Of a stretch of 64,000 bases of DNA, positions 53,501 through 62,920 are shown piece after piece. Each line of letters starts with the position of its first letter. The stretch's first letter is position 1. Position numbers and translations under genes: made by a program. The notes below the pieces were generated by a model, which had not been told where the DNA came from, made no database searches, and saw only the letters and a list, made by a program, of their open reading frames with translations. This DNA is from Burkholderiales bacterium (lineage in GTDB: Bacteria; Pseudomonadota; Gammaproteobacteria; Burkholderiales; Burkholderiaceae_C). The stretch spans positions 12,513-76,512 of the forward strand of contig JANOBX010000043.1 in NCBI GenBank assembly GCA_031411875.1. Reading direction: 5' to 3'.

Positions 53501-53715
53501 AGGTGATGGGCGTTGCAGCGGCGCAGGTGGACGAGTGGGCCAGGATCGTCACCGCCCCGGTCCAGCAGTCGCAACGCATCGGCTGCGCATCGCTGCAGTG
53601 GCCGGAGAACTGTCGCGCCATCGACCGCGACGGCACGGCCGTCGCCCTGCCCCTGGACATTCCGGCCGGGACGGCCCGGCTCCTGCTTCGCGCGGACTCG
53701 CCTCACCGGCGTTGA
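50536..53715 (+). CDS. Large lipoprotein: CBM-like + right-handed parallel beta-helix + C-terminal CBM-like (paralog 1)
   Basis: LAGC lipobox; AAFDG..GALR; GSDD..GT..RPWRTI; ARWPN; LDEAGEFF; DCAGIY; GIYIDD; Asn-ladder repeats. Confidence 0.85.
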   Translation: MPTPQPRPAACRKAAFRIQLACALISLAGCGGGEAPGVAAAEASQAAQAAQAAGAPGVGSTGPAAGLAFALASTGTPAGERVPVVIRAAGGVVNGVAVEGRVRYNGTVVAAGAVASAAMTDYVFELPGPLRGGALDIVMVNADEAAGTATRVLRIASVTVAGIVLRPTDFNAVFDAGNDEAAFDGLQVSAGRALLANNGALRLTLPTADEVARAQQPLPDTPGVYIDAERGSDDSAGTQERPWRTIARLATSSARTSGNIFLRCGTVFRESLSIREEWLKPGRLIAGYGPECPRRKAVISGADDFSGGWQQSGGVWSRALPRNTPKISQLFIDGSPLRTARWPNLEGTSARKTALASAGLAADHLAVRSEDASALSTRSLVGAAVQLRTQAWLIESRVVVGTRQDALALDRPLDWKLDPGEGYVLSDKLWMLDEAGEFFHDLENQRLYFVAPAHSPADLNTALIEGSVRDVGLVVQNSHGTVVRDVALVANRADGLHALDAPGLQVSDVVASDNGSSGIRLRQWAPEPAQNARVEVSGSLVTDNGHYGIDAGYVRNARISGNRVLQTGIGSHRTEGVYAAIETGPGGQVEDNLIDGSGYLGIRFSSRDNSRVSGNRVNGHCQRLSDCAGIYTWSQPHAQQASQRSVVEGNQVRGGEANLTGTQSAGSDLVAGIYIDDESDGVVVRGNLLAQNPFGIFVHNASRLTVENNRVWLPGRAGIAAAMDRHDADRMTDNLFQGNEIVPLVQVRARPDGPPGFSVGQPFWLYHALTGKSALAERGNVFRDNRVLNLQGLQATHATVLGPAGQTVLDADEWSRLNRGEPAPSQPSTFQPYELVLGPELIADAEMDQGLNTWRSWRSPASQGFGVAATSAGGCVGACLQFSTGHPGDYLASPGLMLEAGSTYLYRTRLAGATAGLKLAWPYISRDASPWDAVAEPGAAVALAPRSLRAGTFNAFEAFFVPRETAQARVHFQLEAPGTAVVDAVSVRKVMGVAAAQVDEWARIVTAPVQQSQRIGCASLQWPENCRAIDRDGTAVALPLDIPAGTARLLLRADSPHRR

Positions 53716-53820
53716 CGCCGCAGGCGCACTTACCTCCGGTCACGCGCAGCGGTGCGCTGCGGCACACATCTCAGGGTAAGCTCTAGTCCACAGTTGCTGT
53801 TTCACTCCGACGCAGCGTAG

Positions 53821-53836
53821 TGGCACGCGCATGGCC
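53821..53836 (+). promoter_or_regulatory. Possible sigma54 promoter
   Basis: TGGCACGCGCATGGCC (GG-N10-GC), 136 nt upstream of the glycosyltransferase ATG. Confidence 0.4.
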
Positions 53837-53972
53837 GAAGTGCGTGCTGGCAGGCAACAGGCGGTCGGCCAGGGGGCGAGCGAAGATGCCACATCGCATT
53901 GCAAGCACTGCTGGCCGGGGACACGCCTTCTCCACGAACGTGCGCGGCGGCAGCTCCTAGGGAAGACCTTCC

Positions 53973-55157
53973 ATGGCGCGCATCAGACAGGCCACCGTGT
54001 TTTCTCTCGGCGATTCGAGTGCCCTGAGCACGTGGTCCAACGTGCCCTACTTCTTCACCGAGACCTTGCTGCACAAGGGCGTCCAGGTCAACCGTGTCGA
54101 CCTGGCACCCAGGCTGCTGGCCAAGGCGCTGAACCGAGCCCTGGTGTTGTGCCTGCGCCTGTTCCACAGCAAGAGCACCTTCGACTACACCCGTTCCATC
54201 GTCCACTACTGGGATGTCCGGCGACGCATCGCCAAGGCCGAGCGACGATTTCCGGATTCCGACGTCAACATCTTCCTGACCTTCAGCTTTTCTTCTGCAG
54301 GCCTGTCGGACAAGCCGGTCGTGCTGTTCGCCGACTGGACCTACGACCACTGCATCACGCACTTCAGGGAGCGCAGTCCCGACCGCTTCGAACAGGGCTC
54401 GGTGGCACGCGAGGACTTCCAGATCGAGTCCGCCGACCACGTCTTCGTGCTGTTCCCGCGGGTGGCCGAGCACATGCGGGCCCGGTATCACAACCCGAAC
54501 ATCCACTATCTCGGCAACGTCGTGAATGCGTTGATCCCGGTCGATTCGGCCGCGGTGCTGCGCACCAAGTGCTCGTCCTCGAACCTCTTGTTCATTGGCG
54601 GCAAGAAATACATCGAGGGCGCACGCCGGCTGATCGCTGCCTATGAACTGCTGAAGCCCTCGTTCCCCGCGCTCACGCTCACGCTCATCGGCCTGAGCCG
54701 CCAGGATTTCCGCTCGCTTCCCGCCGGCGTGGAATGCCACGGCTACCTGGACAAGGGCCGCGACGACCAGCGAAACACGTATTACGAGCTGATGAGGAAC
54801 GCCCGGGTCATCGTCAACACCACGCCGAAGTGGGGCGCCTTCTCCGCCATGATCGAGGCGATGCAGTTCTTCACGCCCGTCATCGTGACGCCGTACGACG
54901 AATTCGTCCGCACCTTCGGACGCGACATCCCCTTCGGCATGTACTGCGAAGACGAGCACCCCTCGACGCTGGCCACCCTCATCGAGCAGATGCTCACCAG
55001 CGCCCGCTACGCGCGGCTCTGCACCGAGGCGCATGCAGCGGTCCAGGCGTTCAGCTGGCCTGCCTACATCGACCGCGTGCTGAACATCGTCGAGAAGCCC
55101 TCCCCGAGGCGTGCGCCGCTGCTCAGGGCGGGCGATGCACAGGAAGCGGGCCGCTGA
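53973..55157 (+). CDS. Glycosyltransferase (GT-B, GT4-like)
   Basis: TWSNVPYFF, LLFIG, IEAM..FTPVI, FSW. Confidence 0.85.
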   Translation: MARIRQATVFSLGDSSALSTWSNVPYFFTETLLHKGVQVNRVDLAPRLLAKALNRALVLCLRLFHSKSTFDYTRSIVHYWDVRRRIAKAERRFPDSDVNIFLTFSFSSAGLSDKPVVLFADWTYDHCITHFRERSPDRFEQGSVAREDFQIESADHVFVLFPRVAEHMRARYHNPNIHYLGNVVNALIPVDSAAVLRTKCSSSNLLFIGGKKYIEGARRLIAAYELLKPSFPALTLTLIGLSRQDFRSLPAGVECHGYLDKGRDDQRNTYYELMRNARVIVNTTPKWGAFSAMIEAMQFFTPVIVTPYDEFVRTFGRDIPFGMYCEDEHPSTLATLIEQMLTSARYARLCTEAHAAVQAFSWPAYIDRVLNIVEKPSPRRAPLLRAGDAQEAGR

Positions 55158-55233
55158 GACCTGCCCAGATCCGGGGCTGACAGCAGGGCACTGCAGCCGT
55201 CAGAATGGCGGCCACCAGCATGCAGGGCCGCCC

Positions 55234-55923
55234 ATGAACCTTTGGCACCGTCTCATCCATCCGCTGACCCACCGGTTCAGGCGCCGGCGCGGACAGTTCA
55301 TCCTGGCGAATTTCCCCGACATCCGCACCGCCAGGATCTGCGACCTGGGGGGCTCGATCCACTTCTGGGACAAGCTCGAGATCGACGTGCCGCGCGGCAA
55401 CATCACGATCTACAACATCAGCGCCAACGAGACCCAGGGCATGGCGGAGACGACCGAAGGCGGCATCCGCGTCGTCATCTACGACGGGGTCACGATCCCG
55501 GTGCCCGACGGCCACTACGACGTGCTCGTCTGCAATTCCGTGCTCGAGCATGTTCCCCCGGCGGCAAGAGCCGCGCTGGCGCGTGAAATCAAGCGGGTGG
55601 CGCGCGCCGTGTTCTGCCAGACCCCCGCCCAGTCCTTCCCGTTCGAACCCCATTTCCTGCTGCCCTTCGTGCACTGGTTGCCGCGGAGCTGGGGCTTTCG
55701 CATCATCCAGCTCAGCCCTTGGCGGCTGCTGGCACGGCCTGACGACGCGACGATCCGGGAATACTGGTGGGGAACCCAGCTCTTGACCGGGCAGGAGGTT
55801 CAGCGCTTGTTCCCGGACGACGACATCGTGGCCGAGCGCTTCATGGGCCTGACCAAGTCCTATTACGTGGTTCGCAGGGCAACGCCCCTGGCCACCCGCG
55901 ACAGGCTGCTCCGCGCCGCTTGA
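55234..55923 (+). CDS. Class I SAM-dependent methyltransferase
   Basis: ICDLGG, YDVLVCNSVLEHV, QTP...FPFEPH. Confidence 0.88.
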   Translation: MNLWHRLIHPLTHRFRRRRGQFILANFPDIRTARICDLGGSIHFWDKLEIDVPRGNITIYNISANETQGMAETTEGGIRVVIYDGVTIPVPDGHYDVLVCNSVLEHVPPAARAALAREIKRVARAVFCQTPAQSFPFEPHFLLPFVHWLPRSWGFRIIQLSPWRLLARPDDATIREYWWGTQLLTGQEVQRLFPDDDIVAERFMGLTKSYYVVRRATPLATRDRLLRAA

Positions 55924-56279
55924 ATGTCGCGCCCGGCGCGCACGCCGGACCGCCCGCCGCCCACCCTTCGCGGGGCGCAAAGCCCCCGAACTGGCCCGCC
56001 AGGGCCTGCGGAAAGATACGTCCGGAGACCATCTGTTAGGTCTCGTATCGAGGCGCTTGGCGATTACATCGCCAATCTAACGAAGTCGATCCGTATCCCG
56101 ATCGCGTGACTTCACGCCGACCGGCTGGCACCGATATCTCGGACACCCGCGGCACCCCGAAGACCTCTTGCCTCCCGTCGCGGGGACGTGCTGGTCTGCT
56201 GAAGTTTTCAACCCTTCCTCCTACCCAGACTGCCTTGCGAATTCGTTTCGCCGGGCTTTGCTTTAACCGTGGTCCGCGC

Positions 56280-59200
56280 ATGCCTCACTTCAACTTTCCC
56301 ATCGCCACGCCCCGCCGCCCGCTGCCCACCGCCATCGGTGCAGCCTGCATCGCCCTGTCTGCCCTGATCGCCGGATGCGGCGGGGGCGAGTCCCCGGGCG
56401 CAGAGGCCCAGTCCCCCCCTGCGGCCCAGTCCGCAGACGCCCAGGAAGGCCGCCAGCAGGCTCTGACGTCCAAGAGCCTCGTCCGGACCATGACCGCGAC
56501 GGTCATCACCCTGCGGGCGCGCAGCGACCTCACCGACAACGTCGGCGCCTACGTGAAGATCCGCTACAACGGCCAGGTGATCGCGGCTGCCGAGGTTCGC
56601 TCGACGCAGTTCGCCGACCTCGTCTTCCGCGTCATGAACGTCGTCGACGGCGGCATGCTCGACGTCGTCTTCACCAATGCGACCCACCCCAACGGCATCG
56701 TGGCGCGGCAACTATCCGTCCAGTCGCTGACCGTGAACGGCGCCGTCTTCTCGCCCACCGGCCCCGGGGTGAGCTTCGATGCAGGCCATGGCCTGGCGGC
56801 TTTCGACGGCGCCTTCGTCACGCCGGGCCAGCAACAGTTGTCATTGACGGGCGCGCTTCGCTTCCCGATGCCCGCAGCCACCCAGATCGGCACCGGCAGC
56901 AACATCTCGGACGGCTCGATGCTGTCGCCGGCACCGGGTCTGTACGTGCACGCCACGGGCGGCTCCGACACCTACACCGGCACGTTCGACCGGCCCTTCC
57001 GCACGCTGGCGCGGGCGGCCAGCGTGCCCATGCTCGCCGGGGAGCACATCCATCTGCGCTGCGGCAGCGTGTGGCGCGAATCGATGGCCCTGGGTGTCAG
57101 CAACATGGCCGACGGCACCGAGATCCGGTCGTATGGAGACTGTGCCAACGAACCCAGGCCCGTCATCACAGGCGCAGACAGCCTGAAGGGCGGCTGGGTC
57201 CGTTCCGGCCCGATGTGGGTGCGCTCGGTGCCCGCCGGCACCCCCAAGATCGAGCGACTGCTCGTCGGCTTCCACGCGGTGCGCACCGCCCAGTGGCCGA
57301 ACGCCACGCAACCGCAACCCGTGGTCCAGTCGGGGGTGCCAGGGCAAGCCGTACGCTTCAACATCGCGCCCGACCAGGCCGCCTTCCTCGCCCAGCGGGA
57401 CATCGCGGGCGCCAGCCTGATGATCCGCACCCAGGCCTGGCGCGTGGAATCGCGTCGGGTCGTGTCGCTGCAAGGCGCCACGCTCGGCTTCGACACCGCG
57501 CCGGAGTTCGCGGTCGAGGCGCAATCGGCCTGGTTGCTGAGGGACAAGTTCTGGATGCTCGACGCACCCGGCGAGTTCTTCCACGACACGGTGCAGAACA
57601 AGGTCTACCTCATCCCGTCGGAGGCCGATGCGCAGGTCGACGTCAACGGCCTGGAGATCGAGGGCAGCGTCCGCGACGTGGCCCTGGACCTGCGGGCTCG
57701 CCGCGGCCTGGTGGTCAAGGATGTGGCGCTGCGCATGGCACGGGCCGACGGGCTGCGCATGACCGACGCACCCGAAGCGCGCCTGAGCAACCTGGAGGTC
57801 ACCAACAACGCCTCGGCCGGCATCCGGCTCATGCAATGGCTGCCCTTGCCCCCGGGCGCGGGCGGTCCGGTGGTCGAAGGCAGCATGCTGGCCGCCAACG
57901 GCGAGTACGGGGTGGACGCACGCTATGTAAAAAATGCTCGAATCAGCGACAACCGGGTCCAGGACACGGGCGTGGCCGACTACACCGGGCCGGTCGACTC
58001 GGCGATCGCCGGCGGGCCCGGCGCGCGCATCGTCAACAACGTCGTGCAGAACAGCGGCTATGTCGGCATCCGGTTCTGCAGCATCGGCAACTCGGTGGTC
58101 GCCGGCAACGAGGTCAGCGACTACTGCAAGCGACTGTCGGACTGCGGCGGCATCTACAGCTGGACGGCGCGCGCCGAGATCACGCCCGAGCAGGCCGCCA
58201 CGGTCGAAGGCAACCGGGTCTTCACGGCCAAGGCGGTGGCGGAGGGCAGCGCCGCCTACGGCAACGATCTGGTCGCAGGCATCTATCTCGACGACCACTC
58301 GCAGCGAACCGTCGTTCGCAACAACTTCCTGCACGCCATGCCCGTGGGCATCTTCGTGCACAACGGCGCGCTCAACACGGTGGAGAACAACCGCATCTGG
58401 ATGCCCCAGAAGGCGGCCATCTCGGTGAGCATGGACAGAAGGGACGGCGACTGGTCTTTCGGCAACACCATCCGGAACAACGAGATCGTGCCCTACACCA
58501 CGACGCTGGGCGCGTTCCCCCAACCCCCGACCTTCTTCTCTTCGCATGCGTTCTGGTTCGAGCATGCGCTGTCGGGGGAGGCGGCCCTGGCGCCTGGCCG
58601 CAACGTGTTCCAGAACAATCGGGTGGTGCAGTTGCATGGCGCCAATTCGGAGCACGCGAAGCTGAGAGGGCCGGTCACCGAACGCAACGTCACTGCAGCG
58701 GAGTGGCAGACTCTGAACCCGCTGGAGCCGCGCATCGAGCAACCCGTCACCTTCGCGAGCTACTGGGCGGCCCTGGGACCCGAGCGTGTGACTGGCGGCA
58801 ACTTCGATGCGGGCCTCGGCAGCTGGGGCCGACACTGGAACTGGCAGCTGCCGGGCTATGACTTGGCGCCTGTGGCGAACGTGGCCGGATGCAACGGACC
58901 GTGTCTGCGCATGACCAGCGGCCAGAACGGTGACATGGTCTTCAGCCCCGCCTTCAGCATGCCGGCCAACCGGCTGCACATGTACCGCTGGACGGCCGTG
59001 GCGGGGAACGCGCCGGCCACGATGGGCTGGCCCTACATCAGCAGGAACGGCAGCCCCTGGGACGAGATGAACGACTGGCGTGGTTTCCAGGGCCGCAGCA
59101 CATTGGACGTGGGGGCCGGCCAGACCCTGAACTACGAGGCCTTCTTCGTGCCGAAGTCTTCCGACAGCGCCCGCGTGAACATCATGATCCAGACCCAGGG

Positions 59201-59453
59201 CGTGCCGGTGAGCATCGATTCCGTGTCGGTGCGGGAAGTGGAGATGTGGCTGTCCAGCGGACCCTCGGAATGGGTGGCCGCCGCGATTGCGCCACGTGGC
59301 CAGGCGCGCATCGTGAACAGCTGCGGCGACGTCGGCTTGCCGGCCGACTGCGCCCTGAAGAGCCTGAGCGGGGCGGACGTCACGCTGCCCGTCACGGTGC
59401 CGGCCAACGAGCAGCAACTGTTCCTGTGGGCGAACTCGCCCTACCGGAAGTAG
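56280..59453 (+). CDS. Large lipoprotein: CBM60-like + right-handed parallel beta-helix + C-terminal CBM-like (paralog 2)
   Basis: IAGC lipobox; LRARSDL..VGA...LDVVFTN...AAFDG..GALRF; AQWPN; LDAPGEFF; DCGGIY; GIYLDD; collinear with 50536-53715. Confidence 0.87.
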   Translation: MPHFNFPIATPRRPLPTAIGAACIALSALIAGCGGGESPGAEAQSPPAAQSADAQEGRQQALTSKSLVRTMTATVITLRARSDLTDNVGAYVKIRYNGQVIAAAEVRSTQFADLVFRVMNVVDGGMLDVVFTNATHPNGIVARQLSVQSLTVNGAVFSPTGPGVSFDAGHGLAAFDGAFVTPGQQQLSLTGALRFPMPAATQIGTGSNISDGSMLSPAPGLYVHATGGSDTYTGTFDRPFRTLARAASVPMLAGEHIHLRCGSVWRESMALGVSNMADGTEIRSYGDCANEPRPVITGADSLKGGWVRSGPMWVRSVPAGTPKIERLLVGFHAVRTAQWPNATQPQPVVQSGVPGQAVRFNIAPDQAAFLAQRDIAGASLMIRTQAWRVESRRVVSLQGATLGFDTAPEFAVEAQSAWLLRDKFWMLDAPGEFFHDTVQNKVYLIPSEADAQVDVNGLEIEGSVRDVALDLRARRGLVVKDVALRMARADGLRMTDAPEARLSNLEVTNNASAGIRLMQWLPLPPGAGGPVVEGSMLAANGEYGVDARYVKNARISDNRVQDTGVADYTGPVDSAIAGGPGARIVNNVVQNSGYVGIRFCSIGNSVVAGNEVSDYCKRLSDCGGIYSWTARAEITPEQAATVEGNRVFTAKAVAEGSAAYGNDLVAGIYLDDHSQRTVVRNNFLHAMPVGIFVHNGALNTVENNRIWMPQKAAISVSMDRRDGDWSFGNTIRNNEIVPYTTTLGAFPQPPTFFSSHAFWFEHALSGEAALAPGRNVFQNNRVVQLHGANSEHAKLRGPVTERNVTAAEWQTLNPLEPRIEQPVTFASYWAALGPERVTGGNFDAGLGSWGRHWNWQLPGYDLAPVANVAGCNGPCLRMTSGQNGDMVFSPAFSMPANRLHMYRWTAVAGNAPATMGWPYISRNGSPWDEMNDWRGFQGRSTLDVGAGQTLNYEAFFVPKSSDSARVNIMIQTQGVPVSIDSVSVREVEMWLSSGPSEWVAAAIAPRGQARIVNSCGDVGLPADCALKSLSGADVTLPVTVPANEQQLFLWANSPYRK

Positions 59454-59544
59454 CACGGTGGCGGCAGGCGTTGCAGCGCAGCGCCTGCACAGCCCGGGTC
59501 GCGATGGCCCCGACTTGATGCGACCAGAGACGAGCGACTAGCGA

Positions 59545-60645
59545 CTAGCGCATGACGTGCTGCGTCAGCAGGCGGTCATAGGCTTGCAGCACCTGTTCCC
59601 ATTGGAACTCGGCTTCGAACCGGCGCCGTGCCGCGGCGCGCATCTGCTCGAGCTGCGAAGCGTTGTCGAGCACGGCCTCCAGGCGTGACGAGAAGCTCTT
59701 CGCGCCATCGAAGTAGACCGCCGCGTCCTGAGCCACCCATCGGTTGAACGCGTTGTCGTGGGCGATGACGGCGTTGCCGGCCCCCAGCGACTCCACCAGC
59801 GAAGGATTGGTGCCGCCGACCTGGTGTCCATGCACATAGAGCGTGCAATGGGCGCGCAGGGCGCGCAGGATGGGCTTGTCGTAGATGGGCCCGCAGAACT
59901 GCACTTCGGGCCCGGCCGCAGCCCTGACGGCACGGTGATAGGCATGGTCCTGGCGATAGCCGCCCAGCACGGCCAAGGTCTGGCCGCGTGGCCGGGCCGA
60001 CCAGCCGCGCACCGCTTCGAGCACCGAGTTCTCGGGCTCCGGGCGGGCGATCAGGGTGGCATAGCGGCCAGGCTGCAGGCCGTAGGCCTGCAGGGGGCTG
60101 GCGTCCACCTCGGCCAGCCGTTCGGCGCCGTAGGGAATCATCGTGATCTTGGCGGCCGGGGCGGCACGCTGAAGATGCCTGGCGATCTCGGGGTGGTCGG
60201 CCACCAGATGGTTGCCGAGCAGGGAGCCGGCACGCTCGTTCAACCAGAACCAGAGCTTCGCCACCGCTCCCCACTTGGCGCGGCGCCATTCGATGCCGTC
60301 CATGTTGATCACGTTGGTGACACCGGCCAGCCGCAGCAGTGCACAGAACACCGCGGTGTTGTAGCCGAGCGTGAGGCAGAGGTCACGCGACGCCGCGGCA
60401 TGGCGCGTGGCCTTCCAGTCGAAGCCGATGGTGCTGGCTGGCGTGTCGGCGCCGCAGGCCATCCTGACCCGCTCGACCCCGCACCACTCGTCCAGCTGCA
60501 CCGGGCCCTGCCCTGTCTCCTGGCAATACACGATCACGCGCCAGCCGGTCCGCACCAGATGCAGGGCCAGCTGCTCGGCAAAGGTCTCGAAGCCACCGTG
60601 TGCTGCAGGAACACCGCGCGTGCCGAGGATGCGCAGCGTCTTCAT
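59545..60645 (-). CDS. DUF1972-containing GT4 glycosyltransferase
   Basis: GTRGVPAAHGGFETFAE, NMDGIEWRRAKW, ARPEPEN, HGHQVGGTNPSLVE. Confidence 0.93.
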   Translation of the reverse strand: MKTLRILGTRGVPAAHGGFETFAEQLALHLVRTGWRVIVYCQETGQGPVQLDEWCGVERVRMACGADTPASTIGFDWKATRHAAASRDLCLTLGYNTAVFCALLRLAGVTNVINMDGIEWRRAKWGAVAKLWFWLNERAGSLLGNHLVADHPEIARHLQRAAPAAKITMIPYGAERLAEVDASPLQAYGLQPGRYATLIARPEPENSVLEAVRGWSARPRGQTLAVLGGYRQDHAYHRAVRAAAGPEVQFCGPIYDKPILRALRAHCTLYVHGHQVGGTNPSLVESLGAGNAVIAHDNAFNRWVAQDAAVYFDGAKSFSSRLEAVLDNASQLEQMRAAARRRFEAEFQWEQVLQAYDRLLTQHVMR

Positions 60646-61835
60646 GCCTGGGTCATCTCGCGGTAGATCAGGGAGGTGCGCTCGGTCTGTTCGCGGATCG
60701 AGAACAGGCTGGCCTGCCGGCGGGCGCCGGCGGCGCCCAGCCGCTGGCGCAGTGCTGCGTCGTTCGCCAGCCGGTGCAAGGCGGCGGCCAGCTCGGCCAC
60801 GTCGCGCGGCTTGAACAGCAGGCCGGTCGCCTCGTGCTCGACGATGTCGAGCAGGCCGCCATGGGCCGCCGCCAGCACCGGCAGGCCGCAGGCCATGGCT
60901 TCGATGGCGACCATGCCGAAGGGTTCGGGCTCGGTCGAGGGCACCACCGCGATCTGCGAGCCCCGCCAGACGCTGTAGATGTCGTCGACGAAACTGACGA
61001 AGTGCACGACGCCGCCCAGGCCTGCTTCCCGGACCTGGCGCTGCAAGGCCGAGAGCTGGTCTTCATGGCCGGCGAAGACACTGCCCACGATGGCGAACTT
61101 CAGGGCCCCCAGCCGCCCTTCGCGCTGCAGCAGCGCGGCGGCCGCGATGAGCAGGCCCTGCCCCTTCCAGTGGTTCAGGCGCCCGGCCACCGTGGCCACC
61201 ACATCGCCGTCCCCTGCACCCAGGTCCTGCCGGAACTGTCGTGTGGCGCCAGGGTTGGGCGCGGGCAATTCAGGCAGGCCGTTGAACACCACGTCGGTGC
61301 GGCTCGCGAGCCTCGGCGCCTGGGACAGCAGCCACTCGCGGGTGGGGGTCGAGTTGGCGATCACGCGCCTGGACAGCAAGGCCGCCAGCCAGGGCAGGCC
61401 GCGCCCGACCATGGCGGGTTTCAGGATGATCTCGTGCACGTGCCACAGATGCGGCCGCCGGCGGATGGCGGCCCAGACGGCACCCCCCAGCACGGCCAGC
61501 GTGTTGGAATGAACGACGGCAATCTGACGGCCGGCCACGATGAGATCGAAGTCGCGCACGGTCTGGCGGAACATGCGCAGCAGCGCCAGCGCCGCCGATG
61601 GCCTGAACATCTGCCGCGTGATCTTGGCCACGGCCGCCACGTGAACCTCGGCACCTGCTGCGCGCAGCACGGCCTGCAGCGGTCCGTTTTCGTGCAGCAC
61701 CACCAGCACCTGGAACTCGCCCGCGTGCAGCAGGTTCTCCACCAGATAAAGCAGCACCTTGTCGGAACCGTACATCTCGGCCGACCCGTGGACGAACAGG
61801 ACCACGGGTGCACCCTGCGCCGACCGTTCGCGCAT
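60642..61835 (-). CDS. GT4 glycosyltransferase
   Basis: YGSD, VHSNT, WHVHE, WKGQ, EPFGMVAIEAM. Confidence 0.93.
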   Translation of the reverse strand: MRERSAQGAPVVLFVHGSAEMYGSDKVLLYLVENLLHAGEFQVLVVLHENGPLQAVLRAAGAEVHVAAVAKITRQMFRPSAALALLRMFRQTVRDFDLIVAGRQIAVVHSNTLAVLGGAVWAAIRRRPHLWHVHEIILKPAMVGRGLPWLAALLSRRVIANSTPTREWLLSQAPRLASRTDVVFNGLPELPAPNPGATRQFRQDLGAGDGDVVATVAGRLNHWKGQGLLIAAAALLQREGRLGALKFAIVGSVFAGHEDQLSALQRQVREAGLGGVVHFVSFVDDIYSVWRGSQIAVVPSTEPEPFGMVAIEAMACGLPVLAAAHGGLLDIVEHEATGLLFKPRDVAELAAALHRLANDAALRQRLGAAGARRQASLFSIREQTERTSLIYREMTQA

Positions 61836-62920
61836 CAGCTTCGGCCGGCACGCGGCCGCAAGGCCTGGCGCAACACGCGCACCGCCGGTGCGCTGGCGCT
61901 GCGCGGGCTGGGCTCACGCTGCGACGAGGCCATCTCGGGGTCCCAGCCATGCCAGGCCCGGTACTCGTGGTAGGCCCAGGACCAGCCGTTGCGTTCGAAG
62001 ATGTCGATCGACTGCCGGATGTAGCTGGCCGCCGAATCGTCGGGCGCCCAGCGTGGTGCGCTGAACTCGCCGACGTAGATGGGCTGGTCATGACGCGAGG
62101 CAAAGCGCTCGACCGGTGCCAGCGATTCGGCCAGTTCCCGGGCGGTCGACTTCGAGTCCGCCGCAGCATCGGTGTAGCGCTTGGCGTCGCGGTGCTCGGC
62201 GGCCACGCCCTGGTGCGTGAAGTCGAAGGGCGCGTAGGAGTGCACGCTGTAGACGATCTCGCGGAAGGGGATGGGCACGAGGTTGACGAAGGACGCACCG
62301 GTGGCGTCGGGCGCAGACTCGACGATGACCACTCGCTCGGGGTCGACACTTCGGATCGCGGTCGTGATGCGCGCCGCGAGCTCGAGCCAGCGATCCTGCC
62401 GGGCCGCAAACGTCAGCCCCGGCGGAACCGGCTCGTTGACGATGTCGAAGCCGGCAACGACACCGCGCCCCTTCAACTGCAAGGCCAGCGAGCGCCAGAG
62501 CCGCACGGCACTTTCCAGCAGCAAGGGGCTGTGCCAGAGTGCGTCGCGCGCATCGGGGCCGAAGCTCACCACCAGGACCATGCGCAGGCCCCGTCGTTCC
62601 AGGCTGAGCAGCACGGCTTGCAGCGCTTGCAGGTCGGCGGGGGAGATGGCGTACGACGAGGCCGCCTCGTCCTTCCTGACGTCGAGGAACATGCGCACGT
62701 GGCCAGCGCCCAATTCGACCAGCGAGTCGTTGTCGGCGGGCGAGCGGTCGCCGAAGCTGAGCAGTCCGTAACCCACGCCCCGCTGGCGCGAGGCGCGGAA
62801 GTCGTCGGCGCGCAGCATTGGCAAGGGCGTTGGCAAACCCGTGGCGCAGGCCGCCAGCGGCACGGGCGCCAGGGCCAGCGCGAGACCCCGGCTGCAGACG
62901 ATGCGGCGGCGAAGGTTCAT
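61835..62920 (-). CDS. GH5 (cellulase-family) glycoside hydrolase, probable lipoprotein
   Basis: IVNEP acid/base, HSY..FTHQG, YVGEF nucleophile, WAYH; LAAC. Confidence 0.88.
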   Translation of the reverse strand: MNLRRRIVCSRGLALALAPVPLAACATGLPTPLPMLRADDFRASRQRGVGYGLLSFGDRSPADNDSLVELGAGHVRMFLDVRKDEAASSYAISPADLQALQAVLLSLERRGLRMVLVVSFGPDARDALWHSPLLLESAVRLWRSLALQLKGRGVVAGFDIVNEPVPPGLTFAARQDRWLELAARITTAIRSVDPERVVIVESAPDATGASFVNLVPIPFREIVYSVHSYAPFDFTHQGVAAEHRDAKRYTDAAADSKSTARELAESLAPVERFASRHDQPIYVGEFSAPRWAPDDSAASYIRQSIDIFERNGWSWAYHEYRAWHGWDPEMASSQREPSPRSASAPAVRVLRQALRPRAGRS

